NCBI GenBank assembly: GCA_964016885.1
Contig: OZ024740.1
Coordinates: 149,978,001 to 150,042,000 of the forward strand
From: Eledone cirrhosa
Taxonomy: Eukaryota
Length of the DNA stretch: 64,000 bases
Direction of reading: 5' to 3'
Below are positions 26,341 through 39,385 of the stretch, in pieces; the stretch's first letter is position 1; each line of letters starts with the position of its first letter. The translations under genes and the position numbers were made by a program. A model generated the notes under the pieces. That model was not told the origin of the DNA. It ran no database searches and saw nothing but the letters and a program-made list of their open reading frames with translations.

Positions 26341-29300
26341 GGATCATAGGAACCGTGTCATTTTCAGATTGGTGGACGAACAGAGTGTCCACATTGTGGA
26401 GCATTGCTTTGGAGGCACGAAAAGACGTGGACCACAATGTGCTGTCATAAAAGAGCAGTTCAACTAGAATCCTTGCGAATGCCGGATGATGAGGAGTCAC
26501 CGGAGTTTAAAATACTAAGTATGTGGGGTGATCAAGGAGACCGAGGTAGATTACTGCGCAAATATTCGCGGCAAATTAACAATTCATTAGCTTTAGCATC
26601 GCAGAGACTTAGTGAGATGTTTGAGAGTGGAGCATGGCAACCGAATGTAATCATTCAAGGCCGTTTGCATCATTGTATCGGTAATTTAGGAGTTACCTCA
26701 GGAGAGAGGCCTCGATTCGCTCAAATTTACGTTAATGATCCAGATTATAGTGAATCGGAGGAGGATATCAGGATCGGTGATGAAGTTGCCGGGAAATATA
26801 ACTGAACTTGAACCGCAAAAGTTAAGCGATTTGATTCGTGATTTGCAATCATGGCTTAGACAGTGTAATCCTTATGTTATAGATTTCCTGTTGGTGGCTG
26901 AACTACAAAATGTTCAGCAGCAAACATGGTTATTAAGGTTGACGCAGTGCCAAGGAATCAACACGAACGGCGATATAATGCCCCTGAAGGATTTCGTGAA
27001 GTTGCTGTGTTGATGGACGATAAGCCTGGATCGAGAGATATCGTCCTCAATCGCAGAGATGGTGGTCTCAAGACTATCAATGAGTCAAATAGGGCATACG
27101 ATCCATTGCATTATGTTCTTTTATTCCCAAAAGGTGAAAATGGATGGAACATGTCTGTTCATTTAGATGATCATGAGAATCAGCATCAACAGGGAGGTGG
27201 CAATAGACACAATAATTCGATTCGCGACTTTTACGCGTTCCATTTGAACGAGAGGAATCAACTGAGAAATGCGCTATTTCAAACCAGCAGATTGTTCCAG
27301 GAATACTGTTTTATGGCATTCGCAAAGATTGAAAATCAAAGGCTAAATTATATAGCTACACATCAGCAACATATCAGAGCTGAATTGTATAATAATATAC
27401 AGGATGCGATAACAGCCGATGATGCCAATTACAAGCAAATTGGTCGACGCATCATTTTTCCATCGTCGTTCATCGGCGGCTCGAGATATATGAACATTCG
27501 CTATCAGGAGGCAATGGCTATTGTCAGAAAGTTTGGAAAGCCAGATTTGTTTATAACGGTTGCATGCAATCCTGAATGGACTGATATTAAGGATGCACTT
27601 TTGCCAGGGCAACAGCTAAAGGAAAGTCCTGATATTGTGCACTACGCAACTTGGTGGTAAAGTCAATGGTGCACAACCAATGCGGAGTGGCAAATCAGAA
27701 AGCGCCTTGCATGAAAAATGGCCAATGCAGTAAGCACTTTCCGAAATCTTTTGTCACGAACACTTCCTGGAACGATGGGGATGCTCATCCCTCATACAGA
27801 AGACGGTCGCCTGCAGATGGCGGTTTGGTCGAAAATGAAAACGGTCGACAGGTTACAAATCAATGGGTTGTGCCATACAATCAATATTTGATTATGAAAT
27901 ATCGTTGTCATATTAATGTGGAAATTTGTAACTCAGTGAAAGCTTGCAAATATCTATTCAAATATGTTTACAAAGGTCATGATCGGGCAATGATCAATGT
28001 CAGGAATGAGGAAGCGAACCAAGGAGATGAAGTTGGCAGGTTCCAGGATGTTCGCTCGATTGGATCTAGCGAAGCTTGCTGGAAATTGTTCGATTTTGAT
28101 CTCAATGAACGCAAACCCAGCGTTCAGAAACTGACGGTTCACTTAGAGAATAGGCAAATGGTCTGTTTTCAGGACACTAGAAGAGGTGTCGGAAGAATTG
28201 CTAACGCACCACCTCCTAAGACGGAATTGACTGAGTGGTTCAAGCATAATAGGGAACATGCTTTGAACCCGGATCAAAGGCAACTCTACTGCGATTTCCC
28301 TTCGCACTATACGTGGGATAAGAAGGGAAAGAAATGGAATGATAGAAAACAAAAGTTGAGATTCATGACTATTGGACGGGTTTGTAATGTCCATCCAGCA
28401 TCTGGTGGTGTGTTTTATCTCCGAATTCTGTTGCATAATGATTTTTCGAGAGGTTAACAGAGCTTCGCTGATTTAAAAACAATCAATGGCGTGGAATATG
28501 AAACATACCAGGCTGTGTGTCAGCATCTGGGACTCCTTCAGGATGACGCTGAATGGAATAACGCCATGGAAGCTGCAGGAACAACACAGATGCCAGCTCA
28601 AATAAGGCAGTTGTTTGTCACGATTCTAGCATTCTGCAATCCTGCCGATCCAAGAGAGTTATTTGAACGCCATTGGGGAATTATGGCTGATGATTTTAGG
28701 CATCATCTTCAGGTCGATTATGAAGATTTGATGAAACCTATTGTTTTGCTCAATATTGAGCAACTGCTTGAAGTTCATTTCAAATGTTTAATAGATTTCA
28801 ATTTGCCAATTCCTGATGAAGAAATGCGGCAACGTGTCTTAGCATTGAACATGAGATTGCAGCTTAGACGGTTGCCACTCGATCGGAGGGAGCTATTCCA
28901 GTTTGATCCACTGGAACAGCAACGTATTGTGGATGAACGTATGCCAATGTTGACCCAATCTCAGAGAGAATTGCTCGATGGCGTTCTCCACTCGATTTCC
29001 ACTAATGAGCAACTTTGTGCTTTCATAGATGCTCCAGGAGGCACCGGAAAGACATTCTGTTTCAACACTATGTTATCGGCAGTCAGAGCTCAGAGGAAGA
29101 TTGCTCTCTCTGTGGCCACCAGTGGGATCGCTGCCACTTTGCTGAGTGGTGGAAGGACCTTCCACTCATGTTTCAAGGCTCTATTGGCTCCGGATGAGTT
29201 GAGTGTCTGTAACATTACAGGACAAAGTGAACGTGCGGGCCTTATACGCAATACGTCTCTGATTATTTGGGACGAGGCTCCAATGGCACACAGATATTTG

Positions 29301-30291
29301 CTGGAGACATTGGACAGAACTTTGAGAGATATCTGCGGTAGTGACCTGCCATTCGGTGGTAAGACTATCGTTCATGGTGGCGATTTCAGACAGGTGCTAC
29401 CAATTGTTAGGGATGCTCAAAGAGCGCAAATTGTCTATGCATGTCTGAAAAAGTCCCTGTTGTGGCGCCATTTCAGAGTTTTGCGATTACACGATAATAT
29501 GCGACTTCGTATGCTCGGGCAAAACGAAGAGGCTGAGACATACGGCCGATGGTTGATGCAGTTGGGAAACGATCAATTGCCACACGTTGGTGATAATCAG
29601 ACTGTAAGAATCCCAGACCATTTGGTCATGCCACTGGACCGCCAAACATTGATTGACTGGGTGTTCCCTAATTTGAATGCTTTTCGGCAGAATATCTCCT
29701 GGATATCGGAACGCGTTATTCTAACTCATACGAATGCAGCGGTCGATGAAATAAATTCACAAGTAGCCGGAATGTTTCCTGGAGAGGAATGGTTGACCGT
29801 CAGTGCGGATGCAATGGAACCTAATCAGCAGAACAATATGGATGTTCCGACTGAGTATCTGAATTCACTTCAAATACCCGGATTCCCCCCCACATCTTTT
29901 GAGGTTGAAAAAGGGTATGCCGATTATATTGCTTAGAAATATCAATCATAAAATGGGTCTTTGCAATGGTACCAGATTGATTGTTGAGAGATTGATTAAC
30001 GGAAGAGTTTTAGAAGCTAAACTCCCAGGCAGAGAGGAATCGGTTCTCATTCCGAGGATCATGCTGCCTTTCATTTGGCAAAGGAGACAGTTTCCCGTCA
30101 ATTTGGCCTTCTCCATGACTGTCAACAAGGCACAAGGACATACTTTCAAGCGAGTCGGTGTCTACTTGAATGATCCAGCATTCAACCATAGGCAACTGTA
30201 TGTTGCTGCATCTCGAGTTTGCGATCCTGATGGTATAAAATTTGCAATTGATACCACTAACAGAGGAACAACCCTGAATATTGTCCTTTGA
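26341..30291 (+). pseudogene. Helitron RepHel (Rep + PIF1-like SF1 helicase), frameshifted, with the HUH motif region deleted
   Basis: PRFAQIYVND, YDPLHYVLLFPKGENGW, GKPDLFITVACNPEW (Rep motif 1), KYLFKYVYKG (motif 3), DAPGGTGKT, IIWDEAPM, GGDFRQ, LCNGTRL, FSMTVNKAQG. Confidence 0.96.
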
Positions 30292-30781
30292 TCAGTATTG
30301 TGAGCTTTGACAGAGTTATCATTTCTGTTCAATGTCATTTATTGTCGATAATGAGCAATAAAAACCAACAAGTATTGGTAGAAATTGCCTTCAAATTTAT
30401 CGCTTCTGATTGCGGTGATAATAAAACCTCATCATATGCTGAGTCTGGCAAAAAGGTTGGATCCTATGGCCTGCCAGGGCTAGAATAATATTGAAAAACG
30501 ATTCTATTTTCGAAGTAGAAGAATCCACTATTTGGAGTTCAAACCAGGCCACCTCCCCGAGTTGAACTCTGGGCAACATTGACTGTCTATTACTCAGTGG
30601 CTAAGAGCCTGGAAATTACTGAATACATTTTTGTGTCATATAATTTGTTTTTTTTATTATTATAGCTGACCACTTATAGATTAGCATGCTATCCATATCC
30701 ATATTAATTTGGCATTTGTATAAACCATTTCAAGTAAATAGGGACCTTTTTTACATTGACGGACATCTTTTATATTAATTA

Positions 30782-31140
30782 TCTATATCTATATCTACAT
30801 ATAATATAAAAGATTGGAACTTCCATCATCATTTTGAGAAACGTGGAACAACCACCTCCATGCAATGATACACGTTTTACAGTCAGGCAGAAGATGAACC
30901 ATCTCCTAGAGGTCACTATTCTAGGTGGGAGCACCTAGAATTGTTCATATACTATGCACAAACGGTACAACGAAGAATCTGGTATATCTGGAAGATTCTT
31001 TTTACTGTTTTTTGTATCACACAGACACCACGGACTCGCCTCATACTGTAACCAGACAAACATCCAATACAGTCATTTTCTCTTTTACCTGTCTTCTCTT
31101 ATCATCTGTTTACCCGGTCGAAGCTGGGTACGTCAGCTAG
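30782..31140 (+). mobile_element. Short Helitron derivative: helicase C-terminal remnant plus 3' hairpin-CTAG
   Basis: GAPRIVHILCTNGTTKNLVY resembles a RepHel C-terminus; hairpin TACCCGG..CTGGGTA (31111-31130) precedes CTAG at 31137-31140. Confidence 0.65.
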
Positions 31141-31828
31141 TATAAATAAATATTACCAAATTCTTATAGTTTTCTTTCGTGTTCTGTTCTATATGTAACG
31201 CAAAACGAGTATTGACATCATTTAAAGTTAGATTAACACCTTGGATGATTGTGGTGATTTCAACACTCACACAACAAACAGAGGATAAGGATATAAGTAA
31301 TCCGATTGATGATTGGAATCGTGAAAAAGGTTTGCAACACCCGATTTTGCAGAATGTGTGGGGGATATGCATATATTAAAGCTCCCTTTGTTCTCTACAT
31401 ATCTATAATTTAGTTGGGAGCCTCTACGTAGTCACTCGACCTATTTAAAATAGTAGCCAAATTTATTTGTGTTCATACTGAAAGAAACTATCTATCTATC
31501 TATCTATCTATCATCTATATGCTACTAAAACTCTGTGATTGCTTGCTTGCTTGTTTGTCTGTAATGTAACACATACGAAAGGGTGCATAATTGGAAAATA
31601 CTTTGAAAGGAAGTTGACCCTGGAATGGGGATACAAATGGAATAAAACAAGTTTCACATAAATCGGAGCACGGGTTCCTGAGATATGGGGTTTTCTGAGT
31701 ACCTTCATAAATAGAGAGAGGAGGATAGAGAGAAAGAGATAGTGGTTGTGACTGAGTAGATTGAAAGAGAGACATAGAGAGAGAGAGAGGAGACAGAGAA
31801 GGAAAATGGAAGAGAGAGCTGATGGTGT

Positions 31829-31953
<125 letters not shown>

Positions 31954-32104
31954 ACACGAGTGTGTATGAATGTATATAGAAGATTATATTAATAAAAGGA
32001 ATTCCAACTTTGTCTGATTTACTCGTTTTATTTACAATCCTTTAAAATTTATAATGGTATTAGAATGAAATAGTATGGTAGAATCTTAAATGTTGAGTGT
32101 TAAT

Positions 32105-32143
32105 TGAACAAGTACTTTCACGCTTTCGCAATCTTCAGGTTCA
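32105..32143 (-). ncRNA. Minimal type I hammerhead ribozyme
   Basis: Minus strand reads UGAAC-CUGAAGA-UUGC(GAAA)GCGU-GAAA-GUAC-UU-GUUCA; perfect 5-bp helix I, palindromic AGUACU helix III. Confidence 0.7.
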
Positions 32144-32220
32144 GAATGTGTGGTGACAGTCAAGTTTGCAATTTGCAACTGTCAGTTGAAAGTTGCAAAC
32201 TTGACTGTCACCACAGAATA

Positions 32221-32259
32221 TGACCCTGAAGATTGCGAAAGCAGGAAAGTACTTGTTCA
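32221..32259 (+). ncRNA. Minimal type I hammerhead ribozyme (inverted partner copy)
   Basis: UGACC-CUGAAGA-UUGC(GAAA)GCAG-GAAA-GUAC-UU-GUUCA. Confidence 0.65.
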
Positions 32260-32373
32260 ATTAACACTTAACATTTAATATTCCACCATACTATTTCATT
32301 CTAATACCATTATCATTTTAAAGGATTGTAAATAAAACGAGTAAATCAGACAAAGTTGGAATTCCTTTTATTA

Positions 32374-32448
<75 letters not shown>

Positions 32449-32455
32449 AGTGTGC

Positions 32456-32507
<52 letters not shown>

Positions 32508-33679
32508 CTATGACCAGCGTATATAGATCACAGACACCAACATATATATACGCACATACATATATATATACGGGGTAACAAATAATAGTTATATCCAGTC
32601 CCCTTAGGTGTAGTCCAGTTATGGTATTCCGGGTAGTGGATGATATCAACGCTAGGCTTGGTTTGACTCAACAAGGAGTATTCATAGTGATGTTGCGAGT
32701 ATGCTGTAATTCATATGTTGTAAACACTTGGAGTAATAATAAATCAGGAAAGAAGATTGACATGGTTTGCAATACAAAAAAGGTTTTTAATCTCATTGCT
32801 GACAATTGTTTCTCTGAACTGGTAGGTCTAGAGATCGCTATTCGCCTGTTTTCACGTTACTCGATCGCCAATACAAAATTATAACCAGTCAGTTCTTCGG
32901 AGCATGCGAGAATGAAGAGAATATACAGGCATGAAATGAATATACAGGCTACTATATGAAGTAGTAATGGCATTCAGTTAGAACAATTACAACAATGCTA
33001 GTAATAAATTATTTGAGGAGACCCTGACATTACATTAGGTGGGGGGTATAGTGTATCTAAGATTTCGGCGTGTAAAACTAGCTGACATGAAGCAGAAGTA
33101 TAAGTTTGGCATGTCGTAGGGTGTATTGTATCAATTTTAAAGATAAGCCGGTGTTTATCACCAATATAGGTCAGGTGGCCGTAATGTTCAGTATTTATCT
33201 GACCGACGAAGTATTTATCATTGAGTAGAGTTTGTGTGGTCTACATTAGATGAGAATACAGTCTTTCTTTTTCATCTTCAATAACATACATGAATGGGAC
33301 AACACTAGAATAAAAAAAAAAAAAAATATGGGAACTGAAGGACAGCAGCACTAACTACTTTGATTTCACATTATATACATGTCTATGTATATTTTAATTA
33401 TTTAAAAATTATCTTTAAGTGAACATGATTTTTAAAAAATATTATGAAGTGAACGTGATCCAACGGGTCACGGGTGGTCTAGTATACTACTAAAAGTCTG
33501 TGATTGCTTGCTTGGCTTGCTTGCTTGTCTGTAATGTAATAGAGCCAAAACGGCGCATAAAGGGAAAATACTTTGAAAGGAAGTTGGACATGAAATGGGG
33601 AAACAAATGGAATAAAACAGTTTTGCGTAAATCGGAGCACGGGTTCCCGAGATATGGGGTTTTTTGGGTACCTTCATAA

Positions 33680-33747
<68 letters not shown>

Positions 33748-33831
33748 ATAGAGAGTCAGATATAGTGGTTGTGACAGAGTAGATTGACAGAGAAGGAGAA
33801 TGGAAGAGAGAGAGAGAGCTGGTGGTGTTGT

Positions 33832-33865
<34 letters not shown>

Positions 33866-33870
<5 letters not shown>

Positions 33871-36800
33871 AAATCAAATGATGGTTAAAAGAGTTCCATG
33901 TATTTTATTATGCGCATTTCAAAAACAAATATCATCATAGGATGATATTTGCGTTCTCATCAGATAAAATAGGGAGACATGATATGAAACTTAAAAAACA
34001 CTTGCGAGCAGTGAAGTGTTAAATCAACATATGAAAAATAAAATAAGATGGATATATGAGATTAGGAAAAAAAGGAAAGGAAGGGGGAAGGAAAAGGTAA
34101 GGAATAGGAAGAAAGAATATAATAAGAAAAAATATATAATAATAAGGAAAGGATGACGAGGGAGGAGTATAAGAAGGAAGGAGGAGAGAGGAGGAGAAAA
34201 TGAGTGAGAGAGAGGGAGAGATAACCTTTAATACTGAGAAACACTGTCTCACAGAGAGAAATTTAATAAAACCGTTGTAAGATAATACATAATTTTAAAA
34301 AAATTTAGAAATTAACAGTTAATGAGGTTTATGAATGGTGATGCTTATGATTAAAGAAAAAGGAATTAAGAATACTATTTATTTAAGGCTTATATATTGA
34401 AGGGTTTAATAATATGTGCGAAAAGGAATTTATTAAAATGTATTATTAAAATAAAATATATTAAGAAGATAAGGTGAATGAAGATAAGGTTAAATGAATT
34501 ATGAACTTAGAGGAATTAATTAGGGTCCAAGTTTGTTTCTATGTATTGTAATAGGGAAAGGTAAATAATAGGTTTAATACGAGCGCGGAAGGAGAGAAGA
34601 AAGTAGAAATTCAAGGGAGAAAAAATATATAACGTCAAAAAAATATGTTTACAAAATTTCACTAATGGTAATATTAGTATATATTAAAAATAAAAATGTG
34701 TATGGCCGAGAATATAAGGAAAATGCTATAGTGAGTTATAATATGAATTAAGAAGTAATTGAGAAGTAAAAGTTGCAGATTAAAGATTAGAAATTAAAAA
34801 AGAAGAAAAAAGAAGAAAATAGGGGACCGCTAACGATATAGTATGAGTAATTGTTTCTACTTTAGGCACAAGGCCAGCAATTACCCAGTACATGAGTAAT
34901 ATTGTATAATATACTGAAATAAGGTAGAAAGATGGGTATATTTGTAAAAAATATAAAAGCGTTTGAGAAAAGAAGATTTTAAACTAATTAGGTAGTAAGA
35001 TATTAGCTGTATACTTTATGGAAAGTTCCATGGGATTTATGCAAGCAGAGCGAACATAAATCCGTACGTCTATTTATTATAGAATTAAAATTAGAGATAA
35101 TGGTAAATTTCTCCGCTAGGCAGAGATTACATGTTCTGGATAGGGAAGAATTAGTGTAAGGAGAGGCGTTGCAAACCTTCCTCCAAGAAATGTTGTAGTT
35201 AATATTTTTGTCCTTTAAGGACCATATGAGTTCTGAGAGTGCCGTGTTAGTTCTTTTAAGTTGGTATTTAAAAGAATAATTGTGATTATAAAATCTTGCT
35301 TTAAAGGAAGTGGAAGTGGAACCAAAATAGGTAAAAGAATTAGTACCAGTTATAACCTTACATTCGTACACTAAATTTTTATCAAGACAATGGTTACTAA
35401 GAGGACATTTAGTTCTAACAGGGCAATTGCAATTACGATTAGAGAAATTACCACAGTTATTAACAAGTGACCCAGTATTATTTATAGAAGGAATTGATTT
35501 GGAGAAGTTATTTACGATAGGTGCTAAAGTTTCCTGATTTAGATTGGTATTATGAACACTCGACAAAGTTACGTTTGACATCGTATTTAAATTTACGGAA
35601 TCTAGCCTAGAGTTAACATTGACGTCGGGTTTACTATTGCTATTATTATTACGCTCAGTGTTGGATGGATATAATTTATTACTTAATATTTTATTATTAT
35701 GTTTAGAGATAATGTTAGAGATGTTGGAAGTGGTGGAATAAGAGAATTTAATTGTATGTTTATTAAAGATCTTACTATAAATATGCGAGGGAGGGAAGCA
35801 TTTATCTAAGGCCCTAAAAATAGTTTAGGAATATTACTAATAATAGATAGAGAAAAAGGAGCGTTGTACCAAATCATATTTTTATATCTAGGTCTTTTCT
35901 TTATGTTATTGGAATGCTTATAACTAACTATATTACTATAAGTCCCTCGATGATTGGTTTCTTTACTGTATTTAATTTTGTCAGGATAACCGGCTCTGGA
36001 AAGCGCATTATTGTAATAATTGGCTTTAGCGTCAAAGATAACTTTATTAGAAGATAGATTTGAGATTGTTTTTTCAACATTACTGACTATAGCATTTTTA
36101 ACGTTAATAGGGTGGTTAGATTTAAAATTAACATAATTCGATTCTCATTGTCTTTATGGTAAGGGTAATATAGGCCGGTGTCAAGATTAAGGGATATATC
36201 CAGGAAGTTAGCTAGTTTGACGTTGTTTTCAAATTCAATTTTTAGGTTATGGTGCTTAAATAGAACAAGTATATTATTCTTAATAATATTAAGGTTAATT
36301 AAGTTACAGTTTAAGACAGTAAAAAGGGCATCGTCACGATAAATTCCACCGCGAAGTTGAGGAATTTTCCAATTTAAAGAATTCAAAATAAAGATTCCAA
36401 TCAAGTCCGTCAATTGTGCTGAATCCGACGAACCCATTGTGAGCTCTAGCCCAATATTTGTTGTTGAATTCCAGGATAGTTTTTCTTGCGGTGAGAATGA
36501 TGTAAAGTTCATCTGTAGTAATGTCAGAATATTTAAATGCAAAAGAGAGAGCGTTGTTGAGGAGTGAAGGCGAAATAGAAGAATAGTAACTGGCAATGTC
36601 AAACTGAATAAATTTTTGTTTGTTTTTATTATTCAAGTCATTGAACCAGTTAATTACATTAGATGTACCAATCCATAAATTTAAGTTAGAAATAGAGCAA
36701 TTAGAACGAACCTGTGGGATAATTCTATCCAAGATGGATTTACTAACAACCTCCAGATCGGATTTAGAGGGGGCGATTAGTCTAACAGGCAGTTCCGTTC

Positions 36801-36875
36801 GAAAGTTACTTTTGTGATCCTTAAGATTTATCCTCGGAGTTCTTGGGAAGAATGGTTCGGTCTTTTTTTCGATGC

Positions 36876-36876
<1 letters not shown>
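33866..36876 (-). mobile_element. 5'-truncated Penelope-like retroelement (RT + C-terminal GIY-YIG endonuclease, long AT-rich 3' UTR with HHR), inserted in (TA)n
   Basis: RT motifs FIQFDIASYY, TMGSSDSAQLTDLIG, IYRDDAL, FLDISL; ORF 35003-35581 has CNC..CPL..CL, VYEC..TYFGST..FKARFYNH, CNLCLAEK; TA repeats on both sides. Confidence 0.92.
33901..33971 (-). ncRNA. Type I hammerhead ribozyme at the 3' end of the Penelope-like element
   Basis: Minus strand reads UAUUUUAU-CUGAUGA-long helix II (CAAAUAUCAUC/GAUGAUAUUUG)-GAAA-UGCGCA-UA-AUAAAAUA; perfect 8-bp helix I. Confidence 0.88.
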
Positions 36877-36906
<30 letters not shown>

Positions 36907-37151
36907 AAACGGACGGTAGTCCGTTTAGTAATATTGTTGTGGTCGTGTTTTCGTTGGCAATCGTCTGTTTACGACAGTACAGCGCGGCTCTACTTTATTT
37001 AACTGAGATAAAACTTATATGAGCATGAACAGTAGATCATTACGCATCTTTTGGCTTAAAAATCTAGAAATTTGGTCCAGCGGGAAAAAGTTTATAATCA
37101 AAGTTTGCTGATAAATCTTGTGTTCAAGTGAGTGAGTAGTAAGCGTGACGC

Positions 37152-37281
37152 TAGGGGAGGTAATCCAGAAATGACGAATTTTTTCGGCGGAACTCTTGTG
37201 ATTGTGATTACGTTAGTCAAATGTAGTCAAATCGCCGAATCCCCTCCTCCTAATTGACTACGTCATTTCTGAACGGCCCTA
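37152..37281. mobile_element. Small MITE-like element (possibly PIF/Harbinger-type)
   Basis: Imperfect terminal inverted repeats taggg..cagaaatgacg / cgtcatttctgaacggcccta. Confidence 0.45.
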
Positions 37282-37818
37282 CTTGCGTCAGTGTGAAACA
37301 TTACTTCACTTTTCACTGCTAAAATGCTTTTTAAATACTTCGTTAAAAATTTATGTTTATTATCAAAGCTATTTTTTATACCAATCTATCAATAGTTTGC
37401 GAAAATATAGGTAAACATGTGAGTTAAATTTTTTTTAATCGCATCGATCGCTTTGTCGCACCGACTGTGACACTGTCTGACTGTCTGTCTGACTGACACC
37501 TTTGTCGGACCGACACCTTAGTTCAAGCGGACAACTTTGTGTCACTGACACCTTTGTTCGTGCCGGCATCTCTGCGAAACACCGATGACAACAACCAGAC
37601 CAAAATTTCACTTCATTCTTCATTTTTCTTCAAGACCGATCGCCGACCGATCGTATCGGTTGCTCTTCATATACCAGGTATTCAACAGATAGTTTGCACT
37701 TCTAGTATTATTAACAGTCGTGCGATTTTTTGTACCGATAGGTGCGAATAGTGCGATAGGTGCGAATAGTGTACAATATTTTCTGAGATTTGCATCCACT
37801 AATTTCGCTTAATTAAAA

Positions 37819-38614
37819 ATGATGTTTCGCGGCTTTTTGATCGGCTTATTCATTTTTTCCATGGCACGGAAATGGAGTATTTCCATTTCAAATCAAAGCT
37901 TTTCACTAAAGTCGGGCAATTGGACTGATCAAATTCACATTCATGCCAGTTTTTACAAATCCATAATTAGAAATGTGGCGAAATCGAATGACCAGAAGGT
38001 ATAAAAATATTAATTCAAATGTATTTACTTATCATACCAACAAAAATACTTAGATATTTTGTATACCTGGGGCCCGTCAGGGCCAGGTAATGTTAATCGC
38101 CAACATTGTTATCTGTTGTCCTTTTGTGAAAGTATTGGTGGTTCATGTCGGCTCTAATGATCTGAATCCTCGTTGCACCGTTGGCACTACAAAGCTGTGC
38201 AAAGTAATACAATAATTTTTGCCCAAGTATTTTTTATTAATCGTTTATTTGTAAATTAAGGACAAAGTGCCCATTCGAGGCACAAAACCGGAAAAACAGG
38301 GGAAGAGTCTCTTTGCAAGGCTACAGAAAATAGCGGAAAAGCACCACTGTACACCCATTTTCTACAGTGGTGTCATTCCACGTCCACAAAGTGTAATTGA
38401 AAATAAAAATGACTTGGGCAAGAGAAATTCTCGTTTGGAAAAGTTTAATTACTGCATGAAAGAAATGATTCAAAAATTGAACTTGCCCAATCTTCATAAC
38501 ATTGAAAATTGGTCAAAATTTGACAAATCTGACTTCAAACCAGATATGATTCATTTGAACAATGTTGGAAATCTTAAATTGACACAAATTTTTGCCAATG
38601 TTTTTGCCACCTGA
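37819..38614 (+). CDS. Spliced SGNH/GDSL-hydrolase-like protein (~227 aa; exons 37819-37998, 38054-38203, 38261-38614)
   Basis: Two phase-0 GT-AG introns (55 and 57 nt) join SIIRNV, CIPGAR, LVVHVGSND and DMIHLN in frame; AATAAA at ~38652. Confidence 0.68.
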
Positions 38615-38794
38615 TCCTTGTTCTATGGCTGACTGACTAATTTTGTGACTTAATAAAATGTCATCATACTAGTAATGCACAATGGTCATTTTTAAATTTA
38701 AATTTTATTAAATAGTTGTTGCTTGCATTGCCTTAAAATAGTAACAAGAATGTACACATACTTTTTAAAAATACATCATTATCAGTCAAATCAG

Positions 38795-39154
38795 TCAAAT
38801 GTCACTAAAATCCAGGTGGTCGATAACAACTTCTATAAGATTAGTTACATGCTCACACATTGGATCACCTCTCATCAATGGCATTGGGTGTCTGAGATAA
38901 TCGTGGAGATAACTGATGAAGTCACAAATAAAGTGATGGTCTTCCAGTGTGAACAACACCCTATATCCATTGATATATGTGATGGCTTCCGATTCATAGG
39001 TGCATTTTATGAGGAATTCCATGCATCCGATTTTCAGTGATTCAATGGGCATTTTATCAGAGATGATAAGGTATTTGACCACGTTTTGCTTTGTAAGTAA
39101 ATTGGAGAGAATCACTGCAGTCAAAGTCATTTCTTTGCTTGGGTTTTTGTCCAT
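38795..39154 (-). CDS. 119-aa ORF with a SPOP/BTB-BACK-like helical segment
   Basis: LSNLLTKQNVVKYLIISDKMPIESLKIGCMEFL resembles the BACK-like helices of SPOP-type proteins; a TTTTAG acceptor directly precedes it. Confidence 0.4.
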   Translation of the reverse strand: MDKNPSKEMTLTAVILSNLLTKQNVVKYLIISDKMPIESLKIGCMEFLIKCTYESEAITYINGYRVLFTLEDHHFICDFISYLHDYLRHPMPLMRGDPMCEHVTNLIEVVIDHLDFSDI

Positions 39155-39385
39155 TCTAAAAAGTTAAAATGATAAAGTAAATGCACAAGTTTCACCAATT
39201 CACTATTATGCACTAATCATCTCAAATACATTCATGATTTACTAGCTTTGTCATTAAGCCAGTTGCCTCAACTAGATTGCAATTATACTCAAAAGAACTT
39301 TAAAATGTCAATCACTTGTCAGTAATTCACTATGATCATTTAATTATTAGATAGTTGTTGCTTGTATTGCCTTAAAAAATAGTAG

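Larger units (their letters stand above)
31985..32378. repeat. ~390-bp near-perfect palindrome (two ~190-bp arms), each arm carrying an HHR
   Basis: taataaaaggaattccaactttgtctg...cagacaaagttggaattccttttatta; arms pair to the centre caactgtcagttg. Confidence 0.93.

Noticed and set aside
32570-33310. Possible LINE endonuclease remnant (VVDDINARLG)
   Set aside because: Single weak motif, too decayed to call
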